A stretch of 63,843 nucleotides of DNA, filler included, from Octopus bimaculoides (GCF_001194135.2; 5 parts of 5 records of this genome joined end to end with filler, not necessarily neighbours in it), one strand, 5' to 3'. Shown: positions 26,938 through 38,064, numbered from the whole stretch's first letter. Notes: generated from the letters alone by a model not told the origin. Numbers and translations: made by a program.

Positions 26938-27469
26938 CTGGAAAAGAAAATAGGAAACAGAATTACCAACAATGGAATACAGAAATTTCAGAACAATCAT
27001 TTTTAGATTTTGATTTGTTTAAATGTAAAATTGAACTTCACGGTTATTCCAGTAATGATGTTTAAAAATTTACCAAGAAATAGAATTGGTATTTTTCTGC
27101 AAGTCATGTATGTGACCACAATAAATGCGACACATTTGAGCAAAACATAAATCAGTATATAACGTTCCATTTCACAGTTAAGCATACTGAAGATAGCCCG
27201 GACGTCACTCGGACATGACAGATTGACCATTACAAACATCTTGTCAAAGAATGTGAAGACGTAATCTGGAAAGCAGAACATCCAAGTTGGATGTAGAACA
27301 TTCATTGGAAGCAATATGAGACAATGGTTGTAGTTTCTAGACCTAACTCAAATACCATCATCATCATAAGTGATATTCAGACTACAGTGGAGAAGGCAAA
27401 CCACTGGATTTGGATAAAAAGAGACAATGAGCAATGCCTAGAATATTGAGTGAAACCTTTTAAGCAGTT

Positions 27470-28007
27470 AAGTGAAATCGAAATCGAGTTAAATTGGACA
27501 CTAAACTCCGCTTGCGAAGACCTGTTGAGGCAAGTGAAATCGAAATAGAGTTAAATTCGACGACTGGCACCCATGCCAACGTCGTCTCCTTTCATTGGAC
27601 ACAAAACTCAGCATACAAAGACTTATTGGGGCAAGTGAAAGCGAAATTGTGATGGAACCTGTGCCCAGCATCGTCTTTCTGGCACTTGTGCCCGCGGCAT
27701 GTGTAAGGACTTTCGAGTGAGATCGTTGCCAGTGCCCCTGGACTGGCTCTTGTGCGGGTGGCACATAAAATACACCATTTTGAGCATGGCCGTTGCCAGT
27801 ACCGCCGGACTGGCCTTCGTGCCGGTGGCACGTAAAAGCACCCTCTACACTCTCTGAGTGGTTGGCATTAGGAAGGGCATCCAGCTGTAGAAACTCTGCC
27901 AAATCAGATTGGAGCCTGGTGTAGCCATCTGGTTTCACCAGTCCTCAGTCAAACCGTCCAACCCATGCTAGCATGGAAAGCGGACGTTAAACGACGATGA
28001 TGATGAT
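27470..28007 (+). mobile_element. RTE LINE 3' UTR fragment with internal sub-repeats and (GAT)n tail
   Basis: Repeated GCAAGTGAAATCGAAAT units, then ..CAACCCATGCTAGCATGGAAAGCGGACGTTAAACGACGATGATGATG. Lies in the last POLD1 intron. Confidence 0.85.
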
Positions 28008-28234
28008 GTAGCAAGTACAGCCTCATCTCAGTAGGGGGTGGTGATGCACAATAATGCCATCAAGAAGAAGACTCCAAAATAGTGTGCATTCTCTCCTGAT
28101 AACCCAATAAGCTTGCTTACAATCCAGTATGGAGAGCTTTCAACTGGCAGCACTTGTATCTGCAAGTTGTTTGCAAATAATCTCATCAGCACAATAAATG
28201 GTTTAATCTTCTAAATAACTTCATGTATGTTGTC

Positions 28235-28400
28235 ACAGGCACAGCTGTATGGTTAGGAAGTCTGCTTCCCAACTACATGGCTTCAGGTTCAGTCCCAGTA
28301 TACAGCACTTTGGACAAGTGTCTTCTATTAAAGCCTAGGCTCACCAAAGCCTTGTAGGTGGATTTGATTGATGGGAAATGGAAAAAGCCCATCATGTGAG
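28235..28400 (+). mobile_element. SINE family C head
   Basis: GCTGTATGGTTAGGAAG..GGTTCAGTCCCA..GGACAAGTGTCTTCTATT..CCAAAGCCTTGT. Matches 43270-43435. Confidence 0.65.
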
Positions 28401-28543
28401 GGTGAGCATGTGTTTACATTTGCCCTTTTCTGAAAATGACTGAAATACAAGTAATCACACACACACACACACACATACACACACACACACACACCTCTTG
28501 AGATCGTTCATCTATTCTTCAGTTGAAGCCACAACTTGCTTAC

Positions 28544-28697
28544 CTTGTACAGATGACGTCTTCGTGCAGGCTACCCTGGCATCGTTGACACTGTGTCCAG
28601 AGACGTGAGAAACGCTCTTCCAGAGCACTCAACTGGCAAATCTCTTTCTGGTAGATTGCAGATTCCTGAGACTTGCAGTGTTTGCATACTGCTTTGT
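28544..28697 (-). CDS. POLD1: POLD1 exon (second half of CysA and most of CysB motif)
   Basis: TTTTCAG acceptor and AG|GTAAGC donor, 154 bp. (N)[50 protein letters not shown]. Confidence 0.97.
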
Positions 28698-28974
28698 CTG
28701 AAAATGGACAAAGAAAAAAATAAACCATTAGACAACAATGATGATGCGGGTGACCACAACCACCACCACCACGACCACAACTACCAAGGGTTAAGCAGTG
28801 ATGTGCACAAATATAAACTTATTATCAGTTCAAATATACTTGAGGAATATTTGAACCCATAAGAAAGCCATTCACTGCATTTTGTCACGGGGGGAAACTT
28901 TTTGCTGTAAACAAATTAGGGTAAACACACCAAGTCAGCCAAGAGTACCCCTCACCCAGATTGGTGTACGCATG

Positions 28975-30985
28975 TATGCATACTCAATCTGGATGGAGGG
29001 CACTCCAGACTGATGTGGAACGAGACACAGAAAAGCAGAAGCTTGCCTATGTTCAGCAACATGAGGACCAAAGAACTGAAGTGTTTCGGATTGCAAGAGA
29101 GAAAAATCATAGGAGAGAAATGTGTCTGTATGGATTATGGTGCACTTGCATGTAATGATTCTTTTCTACTATAGGCACAAGGCCTGAAATTTGGGGGCGG
29201 GGGATAATCAATTACATCAACACCAGTGTTTTACTGGTACTTAATTTATCGACCCTGAAAGGTTGAAAGGCAAAGTCGACCTTGGCAGAATTTGAACTCA
29301 GAATACCGCTAAGCATTTCACCCAGCGTGATAACGATTCTGCCAGCTTGCTACCTTCTTGCATGTAATGATTCTGCAAAGAAATGGGCTTGGAAATGCCA
29401 TTATGAAAGACTGCTGAACGTAGAGAATGAGTCGGAGGAGAAGAGTCTGCCAAATGTTGACCCAATTGAGGGACTGGCTACCTGAATCGAGAGTTCCATA
29501 GTAGATAAAGCAATTAAGGATATGAAGACAGGAAAAAAACCCTGGCTCATCAGGAATCACCATTGAGATGCTTAAGATATCTGGCAGTGTGGGTGATGTT
29601 CTAGTCACCTGTATTGTAAATCAGGTGGTTCACAAAGGAGTCATACCCAATGACTGGTGTAGTCGCACCATAGTTAACTGCTACAAAGGTAAAGGTGATG
29701 CCTTAGATAGAAATAATTAGAGGAAACAAATTGTTGGATCAAGTGATGAAAGTTACAGAGAGATTGATAGCCCAACTAATTAGGGAGAGAATTAGTTTAG
29801 ATGAGATACAGTTTGTTTTTGTGCAAGAGAGAAACACCACTGATGCTACATTTCTGGTAAGGCAGCTGCAGTAGAAATACATAGCCAAAGATAAACCTCT
29901 GTACTTGGCCTTTGACAGGGTCCGCTGATCCCTTATCTGGATGTCAATGCAGAAACTAGGCATAGACAAGTGGTTGGTGAGAGCTGTACAAGCTATGTAC
30001 AGGGATGCTACCATTAAGCTGAGGGTTGACTATAAGTACAAATAGTTCACCAAGGATTGGCGCTCCGTCTATTCTTGTTCATCATAGTCCTCCAGGCAAT
30101 AACAGAGGAATTCAGGACAGCTGCCCCTGGGAGCTCCTCTACGCTGATGACCTTGCTCTTATAGCTGAATCCCTACCTGAACTAGAGAAGAAGTTTCAGG
30201 TGTGGAAGCAAGGTCTAGAATCAAAGGGCCTTAGAATTAACTTGGCAAAACCCAGTTTTAGTACATAGAAAGGCAGACAAATCACAAATCCCTTCAAGTA
30301 GATGGCCCTGTACATGTTCGATAGTGTAAGCATCTTGAGAGAAAAGTTAGGCATAAACAGCATCAGATGTGGTGTGCAAGAGAGACGACTGCACTGGTAT
30401 GGTTATGTGAAGAGTACGGACGAAGGTAGCTGTGTAAAGAAATGCCGATCTCTAACTGTGGAGGGAACCTGTGGTAGAGGTAGACTCAGGATGACATGGG
30501 ATGAGGTGGTGAAGAAATGATCTTCGAACTTTGAGTCTCACAGAAGCAATGACTAGTAACCGAGACCTTTGGCGATGTGCTGTGCTTGAGAGAACCCATG
30601 AAGCCAAGTGCACCCATGCTGGTGGCATGTAAAGAACACCTTTTGAGCGTTGGGCCTCTCGGAGGCAAAGTGGCTGAGTTCCTTTCAAGTGTTGGACCTC
30701 ACGGAGGCAATTACCGAGACCAATGGCATTATACAGTGCTTGAGAAGACCCATCAAGTCGAGCAAAATCACAGCTGTGGCAGATACCGGTGTCATGCAAA
30801 TTGGTTCCCATGCCAGTTGCACACAGAAGCATCCCAGTGTCATGCAAATGGCACCTGTGTCAGAGGCACGTAAAAGCACCCATTACACTCTCGGAGTGGT
30901 TGGTGCTGTACAGCCTTCCAGTGTGCCAGCCTGGTCAAATCGTCCAATCCATGCCAGCATGGCCAACGGACGTTAAATGATGACG
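28975..30985 (+). mobile_element. 5'-truncated, decayed RTE-clade LINE (RT pseudogene + 3' UTR), antisense in a POLD1 intron
   Basis: AWKCHYERLLNVEN, VDKAIKDMKTGK.PG, IPNDWC..IVNCYKGKGDALDR, WELLYADDLALIAES, GVQERRLHWYGYV, GRGRLRMTWDEVV. Several stops and frameshifts. Tail CCATGCCAGCATGG..GGACGTTAAATGATGAC. Confidence 0.92.
29163..29356 (-). mobile_element. SINE family A inserted into the RTE with an 18-bp target-site duplication
   Basis: CTTGCATGTAATGATTCT occurs at 29145-29162 and at 29357-29374, and the RTE reading frame resumes across it. Confidence 0.9.
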
Positions 30986-31319
30986 ATACACACACACATA
31001 CACTATAGAAATTATACACTGACAGAAGTTAGAAATATATACGATATATACAGAAATACATATACTGATATTATATATAATGTATATGAGTGTTTAAGAA
31101 TTTACACCAGTAAAACAAATGTCCACTAACTTATAAGAAGCCAGAAGACAGCAATTGGCAGGGTCCAAACAAAACTTGAGTAAATTGTACATAAGCTGAA
31201 GAGAGCCAATAAGTCAGAAACACTCTAGTTTCTTATAATTCTCAATTAATTCTATTGCTTTTGGGTGTTGTTAGCTACATACACATATGTACACCAAACT
31301 ATGCATCATAAACACACAC

Positions 31320-31368
<49 letters not shown>

Positions 31369-31412
31369 GACACAAACATACACACAGTGAAGGTTATCAA
31401 AGCCTTACTTAC

Positions 31413-31526
31413 TGCCACTGTCCAACACAGCTTTACAACCAATACAGGTACTTTTCTTCTTGGTGAAGGCAGCCAGGCCACCTACTTTGGATATAACCAA
31501 TGTTTTTGTTCGAGTGTGGTCACCTC
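31413..31526 (-). CDS. POLD1: POLD1 exon (first half of CysA motif)
   Basis: TTATTGTAG acceptor and A|GTAAGT donor, 114 bp, phase 1/1. (R)[37 protein letters not shown]. Not in the ORF track. Confidence 0.96.
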
Positions 31527-31814
31527 CTACAATAACATAGACAATAATATTAAAAAAACTGATGCAACAAAAACAGAAACAAATATATTAATGAGTTGGA
31601 GCATAATTATAATTATACATGTTTGTTATATCTACTTTATATTAGCCATGTTTATTTTTAGATATATTTAGATGTTTCATCACAACTGCAACTAAAGGTT
31701 GTTAACCATACAATAACACAAACACACATATATATATATATGTGTGTGTGTGTATAACATAAAGAACTTAATGTATACACTGCTCAGGTGCACTACAACT
31801 CATCAGAAAAGACA

Positions 31815-32060
31815 ACTAAAAGGCGGTGAGCTGGCAGAAATGTTAGCACGCCGGACGAAATGTTTAGCGGTATTTTGTCTGCCAGTACGTTCTTAGTTCA
31901 AATTCCGCTGATGTCAACTTTGCCTTTCATCCTTTTGGGGTCGATAAATTAAGTACCAGTTACACACTGAGGTCAATGTAATCGACTTAATCCCTTTGTC
32001 TGTACTTGTTTGTCCCTTCTATGTTTAGCCCCTTGTGGACAATAAAGAAATAAGAAAAGA
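31815..32060 (+). mobile_element. SINE family A (variant 3' tail)
   Basis: GGCGGTGAGCTGGCAGAAATGTTAGCACGCCGGACG..GTCAACTTTGCCTTTCATCCTTTTGGGGTCGATAAA. Confidence 0.85.
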
Positions 32061-32329
32061 TAACCAAAAGTGCATGTACAGAACATAGAATAATGCACAG
32101 AAAGTGAACAGTGACTGAGTCATTTAAAAAAAGGTGGGGGGAAGGGGTCAGGTGTAAATCAACTAAGACATATAATCCACGAGGACAGATTATTGACCCC
32201 AAAAAATATAAAATAAAGTTGACTTCAGTAGGACTTGAACACAGAATGCTGAGAGTCAGAAGAAATATTGTGAGGCATTCTATTCAAAACTCTAACAATT
32301 CACCACCATTAATTTAAATATAGTAAATA

Positions 32330-32635
32330 AAGACCTCCTTCAATTATGAATGACCATGGGATTGCACCTAGAAAATTCCCCTCCTAGGCACAAGTCCAGG
32401 CAAGGTTGTTTATGGAAGACCAGCAGTCACTGATGCATACCAGCCTCCTCACTCCACACCACTGATGTTATCCAAGGGAAAGGCAAAGGCCGGTACAGCT
32501 TGGCACCAGTGACATCACAACTCATAATAATGTGTCTTGCTCAAGAACACAACACACGGCTCAGTCTGGGAATCGAACTCATAACCTCGTGATTGTAAGC
32601 TCGACACTCTAAACACTGAGCCATGCACCTTCACT
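32330..32635 (-). mobile_element. tRNA-derived SINE family E
   Basis: Minus head GTGAAGGTGCATGGCTCAGTGTTTAGAGTGTCG..GAGTTCGATTCCCAG..TTCTTGAGCAAGACAC. Confidence 0.7.
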
Positions 32636-32758
32636 CAATTTAAATATAAACACTTTAATATTAGTGCTTTCAACTTGGTTGGTAACATGGGAACCAGACT
32701 AGGAGGTATTCTAAGGTGAGCTGAAACCAAAGGTGTTCAATTATAAACTGTTACATAC

Positions 32759-32891
32759 TTAAGAGGACCGATTCTGCTTTTTTCTCTCCAAGAATTGGTT
32801 CAAATATTCTCAGCAATGGCTTCGACAACTGGTTAGTGAGGTAGTATTCAGTATCAATAGGGATATTGTTCTCGAGTACATAGATGGGATC
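32759..32891 (-). CDS. POLD1: POLD1 exon
   Basis: TTACAG acceptor and A|GTATGT donor, 133 bp. [44 protein letters not shown]. Confidence 0.97.
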
Positions 32892-33762
32892 CTGTAACAG
32901 GAAAAAAATAAGTCTGATTAGATGTGATATTTTATGCACATGCATGAGAAAAGAAAGTTAAGTATCAAAGCTAGTAGCTAGCTAAAGCATCAATCATTTT
33001 AAAGCATCAACCATTGATACCACCTCCTAATGACATCACTGTAATGGAGTGGAAGTTCTTTGAAAAGCTTTTCTGAGAGGGAACAGTACAAGTGACATTC
33101 AATTCTTAACTGTGAATATCACTGTTGGAGCCCCTAAAATTGCTCCAACTGTTGGGTTTCACAATCACAGAGGACCTCTCTTGATGAAAGCACAATTTAA
33201 CATAACTAAGACCACATCCCAATAGCTAGCCCTTCTCTTCAGGGTTAAAAGATATAACTGACACTCCATTGGTTATGACAGTTCCAGTTGATCCAATCAA
33301 CAGAACAGCCTGCTCATGAAATTAATAAACAAGTGGCTGAGTACTCCACAGACACGTGTACCCTCAACATAGTTCTCAAGGAGGTTCAACATGACATAAA
33401 ATATGACAAGGCTATCCTTTTGAATAAGAAAAGCAAAAGAATCCACCTAACTCTTCTGTTATCATATCACTGTTGAAATACACTGCTTTTATTTAAATTA
33501 ATCTTAAAAATAATGAAGAATTTAGCAAAATAATTTTGCCATTATTATGATGGTGTTTGGAACATACATCAACACAGAATTTTGATTGACGGTTTTAATT
33601 TAGATCAGTTTAAAACAGGAAGTTTGCATCACTGAACAAGGGATAGTCTCTGGTGAATTGGTATCAAATAGGTTGAAATGATGAAAAGTAAAGAAGATAA
33701 AGAAGGTAAAGGAAGGAAGGAAGGAATGAAGGAAAGATGGGAGGGAGGGAGGGAGACCATAC

Positions 33763-33865
33763 CTCAGATTTAAGGTAAGCCGCTGTGTTTTTTGGTGCAG
33801 CAATTATCACATAGGGAACACGATCTCCCAACTGAGGTGCACTACCTGGGTTACGTTTCTTTATT
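33763..33865 (-). CDS. POLD1: POLD1 exon (5'-most exon present on this scaffold)
   Basis: TTTTTACAG acceptor and GAG|GTATGG donor, 103 bp, phase 2/0. (R)[34 protein letters not shown]. Not in the ORF track. Confidence 0.96.
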
Positions 33866-34353
33866 CTGTAAAAATTAGAAAAAAAATAAACTCATAAACA
33901 GAATTACAACACAGAAAAGAATATGAGCAAACAAGGGAACTTCAACACGATTGCATAAACCTGGTGGAAATAACACCATACCAACCACCCACTACCACAC
34001 TGTACACAAAACACTAAACCCAGCCTGTTTCCCCACCATAATGTCATACCCGCTAGAATTTCTTCTCTACAAACATCAAATTGCAAATTCTTTTCACTTG
34101 GTCTTGGACGACCTGTGAATGCCACCAGTATAGCCCTTCTTCAAAACAAAAACCAATAAAAGAACAAACAATATCTTAATTTGGTTAATGGGTTTGTCAG
34201 AGATTAAATACAGGGCCAAGACCTTTAAATGACTACAATAGACAGAATGCTGTTATTGTCATCCAAAAGACTAGACGGTGGTAAGCCAAACTACAGATTT
34301 AATCTATAATCCAAGAACAGAAACAGACCCTTAAATGGTCCTCAATGCAGTTG

Positions 34354-34507
34354 CCCCTCTGCCAAATGTCACTTATAACATACTGGTTGATTTAAAGCAG
34401 TGGTTCTCAACCATTTTTTTAATTTATAGACCCCTCTGCCAAATGTCACTTATAACATACTGGTTGATTTAAAGCAGTGGTTCTCAACCATTTCTTTAAT
34501 TTATAGA
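34354..34507. repeat. 77-bp direct tandem duplication containing a hAT-like terminus CAGTGGTTCTCAACC
   Basis: Units 34354-34430 and 34431-34507 differ at one base and are followed by a 6-bp CCCCTC restart. Confidence 0.85.
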
Positions 34508-34599
34508 CCCCTCAGATTCCTATTTTATTCAGCTGGACCTGAATAGTCACTCAATGTTTTAAAAAATCCTATTATATTTTTATAATTATTTATTAGAAA

Positions 34600-34690
34600 C
34601 TAGCAGAAATACCCGGCGTTGCCCGGGTTAAAGAGAATAATGAAATCTAAAAACGCCGTCTAGACTACGCATCATCTTTATATATAGAGA
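34600..34690 (-). mobile_element. Minimal (91-bp) non-autonomous Helitron
   Basis: Minus strand: A|TCTCTATATATAAAG..CCCGG-GCAACG-CCGGG-TATTTCTG-CTAG|T. Shows 5' TC, a subterminal hairpin, 3' CTAG and insertion between A and T. Confidence 0.8.
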
Positions 34691-35058
34691 TGTATATACA
34701 CACACGCACCCAAACACACGTATATATATATATATGTATATCAATATAAATATATGAAAGTCAATGAAGTTTCGTAAAAGAAGGTGATCATGTACATACT
34801 TTCTTGCTGTTGTGATTATAACACCTCGTTGTAAACTATGTTCCTTGTTTTCCCTTGTTATGGCCGTTATGGCCGTTATGCAAAGAATATAATTTCCAAA
34901 TTTCATAAAGATCCATTCAGTACTTTTGACGTAGTTTTGGATAAGAAAACAAATGACTAATGTGTGTGTTTGTGTGCATGTGTATGTGTGCATGTGTATG
35001 TGTTTGTGATGGGTGTATATCATCATCATCGTTTAACGTCCGCTTTCCATGCTAGCAT

Positions 35059-35158
35059 NNNNNNNNNNNNNNNNNNNNNNNNNNNNNNNNNNNNNNNNNN
35101 NNTTAATTAATTAANNNNNNNNNNNNNNNNNNNNNNNNNNNNNNNNNNNNNNNNNNNN
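35059..35158. other. Artificial scaffold-joining spacer
   Basis: 44 N + TTAATTAATTAA + 44 N. Confidence 0.97.
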
Positions 35159-35204
35159 TATATATATATATATATATTGTGTGTATGTATGTATGAATAG
35201 GCAA

Positions 35205-35237
<33 letters not shown>

Positions 35238-36833
35238 AAGATAGGTAGATAGAAAGATAGATGATTATTAGTTCCTTAATGAAAATTATGTAATCAAATA
35301 AACCGAGGCTTGTAAATTTAATATGTGACACGATTGGATTGAAAAGACAATAATCTTGCATCAGAGTAATTGCAAAGAGGAATACATTTTTCGCATTTAA
35401 TAATTTCGAAAACATGAGTGCTTAGATTTTAAGCGGTGCTCTTAAAAACTCGTATTTTTTCTGTCATCCATGAAACAGAATTTTGATCTCGAATGCTTTA
35501 TGCTGCGAACATATATTTTCAGTTACGAGACGTACGGTTTACATATTATCTATCGTTTCGTTTATTTCATCAAAATGTAATATTCTCGGATACAGGAAGT
35601 GAAACGGACAAAGCATAGAAAGGAATGAAGAAATGCTTATGCAGTTTAAAGGCAAACAGAGCTATATTAAAAATTGGTTTCATTTGCTATTAATATTTTA
35701 TGATATTTTATCTTAATGGCCTTAGAGCCAGCAATAATGAATCGATCGTTGGTAGTTTCTGGCAAAGAATTTTCACATCATATTCTTGTTCCCTTTTCCC
35801 AGTGTCACTTCACACAACACGAATCAAATTAACAAATCTATGTAAGTTGGCACTTAATCTGCTGGAAACGGAGCCAGATTTCCTTGAAGTCATGCACAAC
35901 CATATTTAAAACGGGAACATATGTAGAACTACAGCATCCAGTGTCTAAAATTAAGGTTATTTTCAAGGCAGGTTCATAGTTCATTTATATTAGTCCTAAT
36001 CAAACAAGGTTGAACTGGGGCTAAAGAACAGCACTTACATTAAAGTATACATTTTGCAGAAGACCAATTTCAATAGATCTCAACAGGCCTTGCTTGTTTG
36101 TAACTCTTCAGGATTTAGAAGGGCACAAATAGGATTTTCGTGAATGCTACTGCCAAAACTGCCTCTAAATTATTGTAAAATGCTTAACTCACAGAGAGAC
36201 GCTGTGCTGAAGGCGCAGAGCATATAAAATATCCTTGACGTCTAAATTTGAGAATAGAATATAGATTTAATATTTCACAATAAGTGAACTCCATAGCAGA
36301 TTGCATGATGTTTGCAACGCTGATAGGGCTTCAAAATTGACATTATAGACTTTATTCTCGTCAACATCAACTTCATATTCATCATTCTCAGCCTCATATT
36401 CGTTTTCATCAGACTCAATTACTGTGATGTCTCGAATTCATCAACTTCAGTTTCGTATTTGTCAACTGAAATGACGATGGAGTGATATTTTTTTTAACAG
36501 GCATTGATATAACTGAATGTTTGTAGTAGAGTTGTGAAAGAATGTAAACGATTACAAGTTTTGGAAAGGATTACAAGCTTTGTATGATAATAAATGTCAC
36601 ACCTATTTAACCACACGTTATATATATAAAGTGTAAAACTACATTCTTAAAAGTCAGTTATATTAGCTATCGAACAATATATTACATACCGATACATTAC
36701 TATCTTGATCGGGCCGACTTAGATTACTAAAGATAATTGTGCTGGATTTTTAGAAATAGGTTATGTGATTGAGGAAAAGTGAATAATGAATAAAAGGTTA
36801 AACGGATTGTATTTCTTCTTGTCTTTGTTGTGT

Positions 36834-36874
<41 letters not shown>

Positions 36875-37067
36875 NNNNNNNNNNNNNNNNNNNNNNNNNN
36901 NNNNNNNNNNNNNNNNNNNNNNNNNNNNNNNNNNNNNNNNNNNNNNNNNNNNNNNNNNNNNNNNNNNNNNNNNNNNNNNNNNNNNNNNNNNNNNNNNNNN
37001 NNNNNNNNNNNNNNNNNNNNNACACACTCACACACACACACACACACACATGTACACACACACACAA

Positions 37068-37098
<31 letters not shown>

Positions 37099-37759
37099 CC
37101 CTCCAACGAAGTACAGATTAATAGTGTCCATCTGTCATCAACGAAGTCTTTCGAGAAAATAGAATTCACCGTCGCACGATAGAGAAAAATTCATTAAATT
37201 AACTTTTCGCATCGTTTATAACACTCACATACACATAATATGCATCGGTACATAGCTGATATTTATAAGCAATTTAACAATTGAGACAATGTAACGGTAG
37301 AATGAGTAATGACATTGACGGGAAATATTGCAATATCAGTTACTGGCAAGAGTGCAGAATTAGTGATGGTTGACAACGCAGCGTCGCGAGCGACGGAGAA
37401 TATTGCATCATTGAGAGGAGACTGTAAAGTATTAGTAATAGGAGACACCATTAATTCGTTGAAGCTCTAATACACATTGAATATGGGTTCAGGCAAGAAG
37501 GTAACAGAGCAGCATTTAATTCCTGGTATGATTGGGCTATCTCATCCCGTTTCTGAGAGGGTAATGTAATCTTATTTCAAGTAGAATAACATGTGATACA
37601 AAATAGTGTTTGTGAAAGGTACACTTCACTCCGTCGTAAATTCGAAAAGGCCTAACTGGTAACTGTGGATAGTCTCTCTAAAGAAATGAAATTTCAATTA
37701 TAGTTACAAATATATTATTAAGACACTATGCAAACAATATATTTGAAGACATACATACA

Positions 37760-37790
<31 letters not shown>

Positions 37791-37969
37791 ATAAATAGAT
37801 TTAAAAAGAAACAAACTAGACTATAGAAACACATAAAAATGCTGAGCAGGGCCATTAAACTTTCTTAATATATATGTTGCCGTGATGAAAAATATTGTGA
37901 GAACCTAAAGAAAAGAGAAAAATTATCTAGAGAGCAAACTGATATTTATAAACATATTTTATATTTCAG

Positions 37970-38064
37970 AAAACGCAACACGAAAGTGCAGTGAAAATGG
38001 CACGTGGGCAGAAAAAGCAAATTACAACGGATGCCTAAACCCTCCACATCAAGTACCTGAGGAT
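37970..38064 (+). CDS. Internal exon of a class B (secretin-family) GPCR hormone-binding domain, CRF/DH44-receptor-like
   Basis: TTTTATATTTCAG acceptor and GAT|GTAAGT donor, 95 bp, phase 1/0. NATRKCSENGTWAEKANYNGCLNPPHQVPED matches the R-x-C-x-x-N-G-x-W-x4-N-Y-x-x-C signature. Absent from the ORF track. Confidence 0.8.

Noticed and set aside
36300-36480. Acidic minus-strand reading (..ESDENEYEAENDEYEVDVDENK..)
   Set aside because: Frameshifted and low complexity with no splice sites or assignable family. Possibly a dead transposon.
12003-38064. Protocadherin + POLD1 + GPCR as a gene cluster or system
   Set aside because: They are on different scaffolds separated by artificial spacers.
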